This document shows, piece by piece, positions 49,515-60,645 of a stretch of 64,000 bases of DNA. The notes under the pieces are model-generated. The model was not told where the DNA came from. It was given only the letters and a program-made list of their open reading frames with translations, and did not search any database. How positions within the stretch are numbered: position 1 is the first letter of the stretch; every line of letters begins with the position of its first letter. Made by a program: the position numbers and the translations under genes. This DNA is from Spirogloea muscicola (Eukaryota), in the NCBI GenBank assembly GCA_009602725.1, contig WELB01000021.1:679502-743501 (forward strand), in the 5' to 3' direction.

Positions 49515-50220
49515 CTTGGTTTCTTCTTGTGCTTATTTTTCGTAGTGCTTCCCCTGGCCCCTTCGTTTCAATGCTCCCTAGCCTACGCCGTCCACACGCG
49601 AGCAGGCCGTGCTATGGCTGCCGCTGGGTCTCGGCAGAGTGCCTCTTTCCCTGCAACGAGCTACTCCGACCTGATGTTACTGAGCTTCCCTTTGTATCGT
49701 CGGGGTCACTAGCGCAGGTGTACCGTATGCGCTTGGCCGTCTCGCTGCAGAGGTCTATGGCCCACGCGCTGCACCCGCGTGCCGGCAGAGCCCTCGCTGC
49801 TGCCTCTGGCTCTGGCCAGGGGACCACTTCCAGGAGCCTAGCTTCTCTGACCTGCGGCTGCTTAGCAGGGGTTACTGAGTAATTCGTATCTGCTTTGTTT
49901 CTTCTTGTGCTTGTATTTCTTAGCACTTCCCCTGGGCCCCTTCTCGTACTTTGTTCATTCTTTTTTTGGGCTGGTTTTTCCAGCCCCTATCCTCGATGGG
50001 CGAGCCCTTTCTCTTGTGTTTTGTAGTGTTTTGAGGTGTAGTACTTTTTCGGCACCTCTTTCTTTCGCTTTGAACATTGTCCATTCTTTTCGGGCTGGCT
50101 TTGCCAGCCCCTCTTCTCTATGGGCGAGCACTTTCTCTTTCTTTCTTCTTGTCCTTTGTTCATTCTTTTTTGGGCTGGCTTTTTCCAGCCCCTATCCTCA
50201 ATGGGCGAGCCCTTCTTCGC
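49515..50220 (+). mobile_element. CRE-like C-termini followed by three tandem tail modules
   Basis: FPATSYSDLMLLS is followed by a copy of 43-219 ending GGGGTTACTGAG. Hairpins at ~49968, ~50092 and ~50172 are each followed by ATGGGCGAGC. Confidence 0.85.
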
Positions 50221-51795
50221 TGGGGCCCCCAGCCCAGCGCGGTGGCGAGGAGATTGGCGCGCCGGGTGTAAAGGCGGCCATCCGCCCCAGCAGTCAGGGG
50301 CGTGACGCCTCTGCACAAGACGACAAGCGCCGTCGGCCGGTCAACATCACCGGCAGCTCTTGCCCTGATTGCTTCCGACCAAAGTAACCGCGATCTGTTG
50401 TGGGGTAACCGCCGTCGCTGTGGGCCCGCTTTCTCCAACACCGCCCGCTAGAGCCTGGCGCGCGACGTCCGCCTGCTACTCCGATCTCTAGCCTCGGTGC
50501 ACCCGGGCCTGGTGTCAGCCCACGACACCTCATCAGACTCGTCGCGCTTCTCTTTGAAAGCGCCTCTTTCTACTTGCCATGACTCGGCTCAACGAGTCCG
50601 AAAGAGAGGAGCGGAGCATGTTAAAAAAGCATAGAAAAGAAAAAGAGCATGAAAGCATTGGAAGCCAAGCCGAGCCAGGACGTATTGCAGATGAAGTAGT
50701 AAAGAGTGGGGCAAAAGCCTTAGGCTAACAGGGGCTAAGGTGACAGGGCGAAAGCACAACTGAAGGGGGATAATCAGCACTCACGACTGATCACGTACAG
50801 ACTCAAAGGACTAGCCGGAGCACCGCCACAGCTGTCAGTTGCCTGGCTAAGTGCATGCCAAGTGCGCAGACTAATGTAGAGCCACGACAACAGCATGCAT
50901 TTCTGTCCTTGATGCAGCTTAGAACCACTGTACTTCTGATGCGCTTCCATGGCTTCTAAGACTGCAACCATGTGAGGAAGATTGACAAGTATGATGACTA
51001 GCCAGTTTCACTATACTCAGATTTGCGCCATCTTTCAGTAGTACATCTTTGTGTCAATGCTGGCCAAATTTCTGGAATGAAGTGCTGCACATGCTTACTT
51101 AGCGCACCTCATAGGCAGCTAAGGCTTCCTTGTGGCTTCCTTGTATACGCACAGATGACTACTTAGAACCCTACTGTAATCACTAACAATGAAAAGTCAC
51201 CGGTGCACTCTTACATAATGGGGCGCAACATGGACAGAACAATCAAGCAGCATTGGAGCATCGACTTGTCAAATTGCCAGGAGGAAGGTACTTTACTGCA
51301 AGCATCTGCCCCATGACCACTTTCTCAGAGTGAACATAACAGGAAGGACATGTACTCGGCTGCTGCATACAAGTTGTCCTTCGGCTGTCCCAGGACTGGT
51401 GACATGAGCTAACAGGAGTAGTCGTAACTGGAAAAATTTGATCAAAGAGAGTAGCAAACACTCATCAATTACAACCTGGTTACTTCATTGATAAAAGAAG
51501 CACGGCTGAGCTTTGCCGAACAGACTCAAATGTTGACAACTTCCATCAGACATTTTTACGGTACTGCCAAAGCTTCTGCCATACCTGGTCAGCTTAGATC
51601 TACAGAAAATGGCTGTCTTGAATATAAGCTTCAAATACAGGCATCATAACATAGGCAGAAGCAGCAGAAGCTTCTATTCTGTAGTAATTACCTGGCCCCA
51701 ATCAGCTGTATTGACATCTCATTCATGACTCTGCAGATATGACTTGCCCTCTTCTGTACCTTGGATAAAGCAAATGAATGTGGAAAAGATACTGA

Positions 51796-53850
51796 CTAAG
51801 ATATGTCTGCAGAGGCTGGGCAGAATTCAGTGTTCTGACGGTCATCTTCAGGAATGTGGAAATGGCACAAGATCCTGCGGCAGGTTACCTTGTTCTTGGT
51901 GCAGAGGAACTCATGGCTCCACTGCCACTCGATCTTCTTTCCATGTCATGCACCAGGGCATCGACTGCACCAGGGGTCCGACGATTGTGTGCAAACAGCG
52001 AAGCCGTGAAGATGGAGGTCATGCGGCCAGGACTAAGCGTTGCATATCCCACAGGAGCATCAACCATGATCACATCCCAGTCCACATCATACAGCTGGCT
52101 GCACTGACAGAGGACAGTGTCATGGCCCAAGGACAGGTATAAAATCTGGGATGGGTGCAAGGTCTGATCATGACATGGCAAGTGCTACAACACAGAACGA
52201 GGTGTGACAAGAGAGAAGTACAGGAGGCACAATTGAGGAGACATCTATCAGTGACAAGGACCGCTTAACATCGAGATGCTTGTCTGATAGATTACTTGGG
52301 TAGCTGTGTCAAGGTGATGTTGCACTTGCTTGACCCCACATCCTGATGGGGTGCACAATCACCACGTTTGGTTGCCTTTGCATGTTGCAGGAGCATGTTT
52401 GCTTGATGAAGTTCTGTCATATAAGAGACGTAGTACATCTCCAGGTAAAGTTTGGCCTTTGCCAGTTTCTGAAGCATAATTATGGAGACAATTGTTAATC
52501 TCTACCGAGTTGACCAGCTTGAGTGCTTTGCATCCAGTGTAAGTAGTACATATGCTTGCAGTGACTGCTAGGAGCTTGGCATAGGAATAACCTTCTCAAG
52601 ATTGACCATCCAAGATGATCATCCTCCAGGAAGACTGTACGACCATCCACATTCAGTGATGCCCACATTGGGCTGTCCAGCCCAAAGACGAGCATGTTGC
52701 ACGGTCCCCGTGGCTGGAGAATGTCGATCGTGATCAAGATCAGATCATCTCCTAGTACGCAAGCAAACACACATGACAAGCACTTATAGCTCTAGCTTTT
52801 GACAAGCTTGCAACCTTCTATTATGACATTAGTGAGCACTCACTGATTTGGACACCCCTGCATGCTTCTCGACTAGTCATAGGGCTGCCAGCAGGTGTTG
52901 ACTGCATGTTTGCGCAAATCTGACAAGCTGCAGTAAGGAGGTTCTCACCAAAGATTGCTGAGGCGTGACTTTGGAGGTGGCATAGTGAACAAGAGCCCTA
53001 GCGGCTTCTTTTGGAGGGCAGATCCCTTTCCAGCCTGCCCTTGTAACCTCTTGGAAGCCAGGCTGTATGCAGAATGTGACAGAGAAGATTTGAAATATCG
53101 TGGACTGAAATTAGGCTCTGAGAATAACATGGGGCAGGGCAAATGGAGCAATCTCTTCAAAGGCACTGCATTAGCTAAGATTGATGAAAAGCTGCTGGCT
53201 AGACATTCCTTTGAATCACATGAAGAGCAGATTGCAATGAGCTCTGTGACACTGCCAAAGCACATTGCAGGCAAGGCACCTAACACGCGATGCTATGGCT
53301 CATGACATGGTTCTGACGGCCCTTCCAGCTTCCAAGTGCTCGTGTCATGTAAGGCAATGCCCTCGCTGTTGGTTGCTCGAGCCCGCCATGGATAGCTCAA
53401 ACTCGCCAGAGGTGCATGGAGCTAAGTAGCCCAATGCTGAGGGAGGTCAAGCATCACACCGCAGAAGTACGATGGCTTACTCGGTGAGATTGACCTCGAG
53501 CGTCGCGCGGTCAGCCCTCCAGATGCCTCTGCTGGTGGGACCGGCGTAGAGAATGGCACAAACGACTCTGTGATGGCAGAAAAAGGCACGAGCTCGAGCT
53601 TGAGTCGAGGAGAGGGGAAGCTCAGTCGCAAGCTATTCTGAGCAACCGACTGCCCCTACGCTGTCATGTCCTTGTCATGCGTCCTCTCAGTCACGACGTT
53701 CGTGTATGTACGCCAAGTGCCGGGCAGCAAGATTGCCTGTTAAGCCGTCAACTGGCGACTCAGGCTCCTAGGGCAGCGCGTCGCTAAGCCGGCCAGGATG
53801 AAGGCGGCGGCCAGCCCCACGAAACGGCCGACGGAGCGCGACGAAGACAT
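51796..53850 (-). pseudogene. DUF579 polysaccharide O-methyltransferase (GXM/AGM/IRX15 family), disrupted
   Basis: The signal-anchor-like MSSSRSVGRFVGLAAAFILAGL is followed by PKEAARALVHYATSKVTPQQSL, RGPCNMLVFGLDSPMWASLNVDGRTVFLEDD, CNITLTQLP and LYDVDWDVIMVDAPVGYATLSPGRMTSIFTA...DALVHDMER. After a frameshift at ~51935 it reads IEWQWSHEFLC...LCHFHIP. A further frameshift lies near 52740. Confidence 0.85.
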
Positions 53851-54247
53851 CGCCGCGAGCGCAGCGCCCACGCCGACTGCACGTCTCTCCCACGAAGCTG
53901 GCAGGCCGCCGAAGGAGGGGCGGCCAGCTCCGAGCTTTCCGGCCCCTCTGCAGATTGGTCCAGTCTTTTCTTTCTTCCTTTCATGACCGCTGGTCTGAGC
54001 TGGCCCAATGTACTAGCTCCTAAAGAAGTGGCTCTCCTAGGAAAGAATGGCGCGCCATGAGAGAAGAGGGGGCTGGCCAAGCCAGCCCAAGAGTCGAGTT
54101 GACAAGGTAAACCCAAGATTTCAGCTTCTGTTTTTTTTTGGGTGTTGGCCTGCCTGTCTCGTCACGCGGTGCTGGAGAATGCTCACTGGGCAGCTCGAGG
54201 CTTTTCACAGCCCTTGCCGCCTTCTAAGCACAGAAAAGAAACGAAGC

Positions 54248-54524
54248 CTCCAACTCGTTCTCGACGAGGAAGCGGCCCGCTTCTCGACGCCGACGACGAC
54301 GCCGCTGAGGCCAACATCCTTGGTGAAGGTGGTGTCGGTGACGCGGGCCTTGAGCTTGAGGTCCTCGACGCGCCAGGCGGCGGTGGCGATGGCCTCCTGG
54401 GTGTACGAGTTGAAGGCGGCCTTGACGGACGCCCGCCCGGGGCCCAGGTACCGGTCCGTCTGGCCCTCCGACGGGAACGCCTGCAAGTCGTAGTCGTTGC
54501 CCGTGCGGAACGACTTGGCGGCCA

Positions 54525-54525
<1 letters not shown>
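54248..54525 (-). pseudogene. OEP24: OEP24-like chloroplast outer envelope pore, first-exon fragment with frameshift
   Basis: ASVKAAFNSYTQEAIATAAWRVEDLKLKARVTDTTFTKDVGLSGVVVGVEK continues as (P)GRFLVENE after adding one base at ~54278. This matches the OEP24 N-terminal pattern DxKLRAxxTDxT...LxGLxLxVEKPGxFxV. Downstream exons were not seen. Confidence 0.65.
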
Positions 54526-54558
<33 letters not shown>

Positions 54559-54592
54559 NCGGCGGCGGCAGCGGCGGCGGCGGCGGCGGCGG
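54526..54592. repeat. (GGC)n trinucleotide tract containing an N (likely assembly join)
   Basis: Direct reading; N at 54559. Confidence 0.9.
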
Positions 54593-55017
54593 GCGGGGCT
54601 GGCGGGGAGCTGTTTGCCGCCTCCCCCGCTCTGCCATAGCATCTTCAGGCCCCGCAGTCGCTGCTTAGCTCGTAGTTTGGCCCCTTCAAACCTTGTCATT
54701 CATTTCGGGCTGGCTTCTCACAGCCCTGGCACCCATTGGGAGAGCCACTTCTTCTTTCTCGTTGGTGCACCCTAGACCGAGCCTATTTCCTCTCCCTTGG
54801 CTGGGATTCACGCAGCTACGACGGCGGAGGCGTCGACTTCCCGGGTCTCGCTTGCCGTTGGCCCGCGGCCTGCCGGTCGCCCAGCCCTACCGAACCATCT
54901 TGTCAAAATTCCCTTTTGGGCTGGCTTTTCACAGCCCTTGCCGCCACTGGGAGAGCCACTTCTCTCACAATTGCAAGCGCGGCCAGAATAACTGGTGGCT
55001 GGGAGAGGCCAGCCCAA

Positions 55018-55592
55018 ACCGCGCCACAGTCGCCGAGGAGCTCCATGCGGCCTTCCCCACCCTGCTGCCGTTCTTTCGGCTGGCCTACGGCCAGCCCAGT
55101 GATCTCCTATAGCGGCATGGAGCCAGAGGGGTGGAGGTCCTTCAGTCTTCCACGGGCACGCGTCAGGGGGACCCGCTGGCGGGGTTTTTCTACGCGCTGG
55201 CCCACGACCGCGCCCTGAAGGCCACGGCAGCTGCTCACCCGGGCGTCCTCATGCCCACGTATGCCGACGACACCACCCTGGTCGGGCAACCAGACGAGGT
55301 CTTGGCTGCCTTCGCCACCCTCGAGGAGCAGCTGAAGAAGATCCGCCTGGACATCCGAGCGTCGAAGTGCAGCGCTTGGTCTCCACAAGGGTTGCCAGCC
55401 CTCCTCCACCTTCCCTCCTGCTGTCAGACACCAGCCGGGGGCCTCACACTCCTCGGGGTTCCATTGGGCTCACCTACCTTCGTGGACGAGCAGCTGCGCA
55501 GCAAGCTGCAGGAGCACCTCAAGCCGGCGGCCCGCCTCCCTGAGCTGCACGATATGCAGCTAGGGCTTGCCATGCTGACGAGCAGCATAAAC
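55018..55592 (+). mobile_element. CRE-like reverse transcriptase fragment (from just after domain 3 through domain 7)
   Basis: NRATVAEELHAAFPTLLPFFRLAYGQPSDLL*...SSTGTRQGDPLAGFFYALAH...MPTYADDTTLVG...LDIRASKC...GLTLLGVPLGSPTFV. Confidence 0.9.
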
Positions 55593-55783
55593 CTCTTGAT
55601 AAGACCATGGTAAATGGGAGAGCTCTTGCGATGCACCATGTCATGCCAGATAGATTTTATATGTGCAGGGCAGGAAGAGAAGCATTGCAAGTTGTCCCGG
55701 TCCTTTAGTCTGTCATTTCTGCCAGGCCACGTTGCAGTGACATGTATGGATTGCCACTGAGCTGTTTTGTGTGCTTACTCCAG

Positions 55784-56739
55784 GAAGAGATTACAATCAT
55801 GCTCGACATCCTCCAGCAGCGGGGTCCTACCCATGTGCTTGCTTTTGGGTTGGCCCAAGTCAGCCCACTTTGGGCAGCACTGAATGCTGGTGGTCGCACA
55901 GTATTTTTGGAGGATTCACTCGATTGGATGGCGGCCACGAATCTGGTTGGTGACTTTTTACCAACTTCCGTCCTTTTGTTTGCTGCAGCATGCATGCGAC
56001 TTGCTGCGTGCACACTACTCAGCAGAGCCATCAGCTTGAAGTCGTCTAGACGGGAGAGTGACTGACATGCCCAATGTCATGCTCATAGAAAGTGATGAAG
56101 GCTGGCATCAACTTGGAAATGGGCCATACTTGTCTACAAGACAATACTCTCTCAAGCACACGAGCTGATGAGTTATGCATGCGAAGGCGGTGAGGACGGG
56201 GGTCTGCAAGCCGCATCAAGATCTGGAGTCAAGCGAGTGCAACCTCACTTTGACTCAGCTCCCTAAGTACGACCAGACTTGACACCCAACAGGCCATCTT
56301 CCTACTTCTTGAAGGCACAAATTCATTGTTCAGCTGTGCATTCCTTCTTACACAGTTGTTGTTGGTATTGTGTTGACACCATGTATTCCCTTGGTGCTTT
56401 CCTTGAGCCATGACCTTACCGATGCGTCAGTGCAGGCAACTCTTTCACGTGGATTGGGATGTTATCATCATTGATGCTCTTGTGGGCCAGCGACACAGCG
56501 CTCGTGGGCGGATGGCTCTCATCGTCACAGCTGCGGTCTTTGCCCACAACAGACAGTCACCTGGTGCAACTGACGTGCTGGTACACGATGTTACCAGGAA
56601 TGTGGAGCAAGATTGGAGCGATGAGTTTCTTTGTCTTTAGAACAAGGTTGCCTGCTCAGGGCGCTTGTGCCACTATAATGCATCTCGATATTTCAATACC
56701 ACGTCCTCCCTTTTGACCTTTCCCCATGTAGTGATTTGA
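55784..56739 (+). pseudogene. Second DUF579 (GXM/AGM-like) copy, 5'-truncated and disrupted
   Basis: It reads EEITIMLDILQQRGPTHVLAFGLAQVSPLWAALNAGGRTVFLED, then a frameshifted middle exon ending ECNLTLTQLP, then LFHVDWDVIIIDALVG...GRMALIVTAAV...TDVLVHDVTRNVEQDWSDEFLCL* (premature TAG 56638-56640) NKVACSGRLCHY. Intron positions are the same as in copy 1. Confidence 0.85.
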
Positions 56740-57274
56740 CGTCGTTGACTCATGAGCACTGGCAGGGGTGAATCATCTGCATGCCAGGCAAGTAAGCCCC
56801 ACTGCACTTGAATGTGCCCAATATGCCATGATGAAGGGACTGTACAATGGTGACAAGCGACCTCATGGAGACTCTGGAAATTGCTTGTGTGGGTTGGTGT
56901 TTGCTCAATAGGACCAGCCTAACACCTTGCTTCATGAGCTGGCATTATGCCACTTGGGCCGTTCACTTTGCAGTTTGCTCAGCTCCATCCGTCCTTGCTC
57001 CACGTATCTGCAATTCTAGGCTGCTCTGGTGCTGGAGAAGTTGCTGGATCAGTGTGGGCAACTGCTCTGAAATTTGTCAGGCTAGATGGTGGGCAGGCCG
57101 CGGCAGGCCAAGGCGACCAAGGACGCTGACGGCCACCACAGGCTGCTCTGTGAATCATTGCTTTTGATGCAAACAAGTCTCGTCCATGCAGTGGCTGAAC
57201 TTGCTGCTGAGGCTGGCATGCTGGGCGAAGGTGACAGGCAAAAGCAGCGAGTAGTGAGGTATCCATGTCGTAAG

Positions 57275-59321
57275 CTTTTTCGACTTCTCCCACCACTCTA
57301 TCGCCTTCTCCCACCACAAGAGTGGTGGCAGATCTCCCACCACAAGAGTTGTGGGAGAACGAATCTTCTTTTGTCTTCTTGAAGGGATCGCAGACATGCG
57401 CCGTAGAGTCGATGTGCGCCAGGAACCTGCACAAGTAGCAGCCTCGGTTTTAAGAGTGAAAGACGCTTCCAGGAGAGGGCGGTGGCTGGGAGGGGCCAGC
57501 ACAGAAGAAAGAACGAACAAAATTTGATGGGGCCAGGGAAAGCGCTAAAGCTAGCACACATGGTATCAAGCAGCTACGAAATACTCAGTAACCCCTGCTA
57601 AGCAGCCTCAGATGTTTAGGGCCCCTCTCTTACCTTTAGCCTCGAGCTGCCCACGTGTCCGGCACCGCGTGATGGGACAGACAGCTAAAGGCTGAAAGCT
57701 TGGGGTTGCCTTCAATACTTGATCCATTCTACTGGGCTTGCCTTTCGTCTACTTCCCTATGGACCCGGGAAGTGGACGCCTCCGCCGTCGTAGCTGCTCA
57801 AATTCCAGCTAAGGAAATGTCAAAGGGAGTCGACTCGGTCTAGGGTGCAGCCCCAAGAGAAACAGCCCTTCCAATTTTCGGCAATGGCTGTGAGAGGCAG
57901 AAGGCGCGCAGTGCACAATAGTGAAGCGGAGGCCAAATCACAGCACGGCCAGCACCTGCGTGCTGGCCGTGCCGTGCTCTACCCGCAGCCTCTGGCTTTC
58001 GTCTGGGGGATTGCTTCCCGGCTGCTAGTCTTTCGGATTTGCGGCTCCTCACTCGTGGTCACTCGTGACGCCTAGTATCTGCTTTTTGCGGCATCCGGGC
58101 CTTTCCTAACCCGTCCAGTCCTTTGGGCTGGCCTCTAACAGCCACTGCTGTCAATTCGTAAGAGCTGTCTCCTTCACTGTGTCATCCATCCTACCCAAGC
58201 TCTGAGAGTCCTTTTCGGCCCATTCTGACCTTGCTCATTTTTTTCGGGCTGGCTGTTCACAGCCCTCGCCCCCCTTAGGAGAGCCACTTGTCCTTTTGGA
58301 AGAGCTCACTTCTTTTCTCAGTCTAGGGCATTGGCTGTGAGAGGCCAGCCCAAAGAATTGAACAAAGTTGATAGGGCAGGAAGGCGCAGACGGACAGATG
58401 ATTTTCAGTGACTTCTGCCAAAACTTGGCCGCAGACCAGTGCATAAGCTCCGCTTGGCCTCCATTATGGATTATGCCCACCGTGCACAGTCTCCCTCTCT
58501 TAGCTATTGTCCCTTAGCATAGGGCTTCGCTTAGTTCAGGCCCATCGTTTGCACTAGCTTCTGCCTGAATAGAGCATTTGCTCCACATGGCCTCCCTTTT
58601 GTTTCATGTACACCGCGCGTCTTCTCTCCTGGAGAGGAGCAGGTGGTGGTCGAGAACATCCACCCACTTTAAGAAGGTGGCTGGGTCGAGAAGATCGCCG
58701 AACAGCGGATTCACAGGCAGAATGTAATGTGTGGCTTGGGCAAGCTGTGCGAGTATGAGCAAGTAAGTGGCTTGTACTCCGTTGGGCTGGCCTCTCCCTC
58801 TTCTCATAGCCATTGCCCCCATTAGTATAGCTTCTTCTGTCCGAGGTGGGGTGAAGGTTTCTATCTTGAGGGTCTCCTGGGATCGCGGAAGCACTGTGGG
58901 AGATGTGCTAGCAACAGGCACACCGCCACTCCAGTGGAATTATTGTTGGCCGTCAGCAAGTCAGAATTATTTTGACAAGGTCAACAAGGGGCCGGAGAGC
59001 GACTACCACGAAGTTACATCCAAGCGGGGGCGAGAAAAGCAGCTCTCAAAGGGGTGAGGGCTGTAAACAGCCAGCCAGCTTAGACTGTACAAGGTAAGGC
59101 GAGGTGGAGAAGAAGTGACGAGAGGAGAAGCGACTGTTGTCAAGACCACAGCAGGCACCCAAAGGCGAGAGGAGAAGTGACTGTTGTCAAGACCATAGCA
59201 GGCACCCATTGTGGTCTTCAACAAATTGTCACCGGCGCCTTTGGACCTTGTTCATTCTTTGTGGGCGAAATGGCTTCTTCCCAGCCCTCGCCTTTGCACC
59301 TGAGCTGCTTCTCCTCGGCTT
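57275..59321 (+). repeat. ~2 kb direct duplication, copy 1 (mosaic of CRE-like tails and fragments)
   Basis: It is colinear with 61615-63605 from CTTTTTCGACTTCTCCCACCAC to GCTTCTCCTCGGCTT, with scattered substitutions and small indels. Confidence 0.95.
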
Positions 59322-60354
59322 CTCCTCGGCTGCACTTTGATGTCATTGCGTCTCGTTGAATGCGGTCATAGTTGAGATTCCTTGGACTGCACAAGTGCTT
59401 TTTGCTCTGTTCAATGAATCTATTGAGGTTCTCGCTGGAAACCAAGCCTGCATAAGATCACGGGCATGTCTCCTCAGTCAGTGCGACTGCCATTGTGTGA
59501 ACTACTTAGCTTCCAAAATTGCTTTTCAGTTGTTACAGTCTGCCAGTTGACCAATTTCAGTCTGTGGCTTCAGGCCCTTGAGATACAGCAGCCTCATATG
59601 TTGCCGAGGAATGTTGTCGCTGACTAGTTCCCTTCAGAGACAAGACGTGCTACATTCAATGCCGCAAATATCAGCAGTGTTGCTTGCGTGTCTCACCTGA
59701 ATGATTTCATGGCATGCACGTTGTGCATCATCCACTGCTTGCAAGAATCTTGACACAGAATCTTGCACAAGGGCAGCATTGACAGGAGTCTGCCTGTGCA
59801 TCTCCTGCATCACTGATTGTATGATTTTTCCGCTCGTTGCAACATGGGAAGCAGCAACAAGGCCGCCTGTCTTGGGTGTTGTTGGCTGTACGCTGGCCAA
59901 TGCTGCAACAGATTCGTCATTGTTTTGATGATTACGTCTCGAGCAGCCAGAATGACCTGCGACCACAGAGCTAGCAGGTGCAAATTGGTCAAGCATGTGT
60001 ATTCACACTTGACTACTTCGGAAGTCAGTTCAAGTCAACGTAAAGTGATTATGGAAGCCTCTAGAAATACCAGTCTTGCTCATGAAAATGCTAGCTGTAG
60101 CCTCAAGATCCTGGCACTTAGGGTAGTGAGAGGCCTGACTACATCTTTGCTTGTAAGACTATCCTTGTCTAAGTACAAGGAGTACATCGAAATCTCTATG
60201 CTGCTTGGTGCAATTAGCAAAGGCGGAGAGAAGTGGCAATGCTGCAATCAGAGGGTGGCATGCTCACAGGCTGTGCTTGTGACGGGGTGAGGATAGTCGC
60301 ATATCCAGTTCCACCATATGGATAGTGGCCAAGACGAAGATTGGAAGCTGTGTC

Positions 60355-60645
60355 GAATGTCGGCGGAGTTCTCCGCTGCCACCGAGAAGCCAGCCTCCAC
60401 CAGGATGCCATGCATCGCATCCCGGAGGCGGTCGTGGGCCGCTGTCCGCTCTCCGCCGTGGGAACAGCGCAGAACAAGAGTGGCCAGCTCCCCAGGCTCG
60501 GCCCCTCGCTCGCCACCTTCGCACTGACGCACACCCTGGAGGAATGGCGGCGGCAGGCCCAGGAGCCGGTGGACGGCACTGCGAAATACCTCGTCCGGGA
60601 GAGTGAGGGCGTCGTTGAGGGGGAGGGCCACGCCGCGGCCCCCAC
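60355..60645 (-). mobile_element. CRE-like post-RT CCHC region fragment
   Basis: GAAAW / ALPLNDALTLPDEVFRSAVHRLLGLPPPFLQGVRQC...VLRCSHGGERTAAHDRLRDAMHGILVEAGFSVAAE matches the C..GG.R..RHD.LRD motif preceding RLE. Confidence 0.8.

Noticed and set aside
54205..54699. 164-aa poly-Arg/Ala ORF as a full protein
   Set aside because: It crosses an N in a (GGC)n tract. Only the part from ATG 54525 is OEP24-like.
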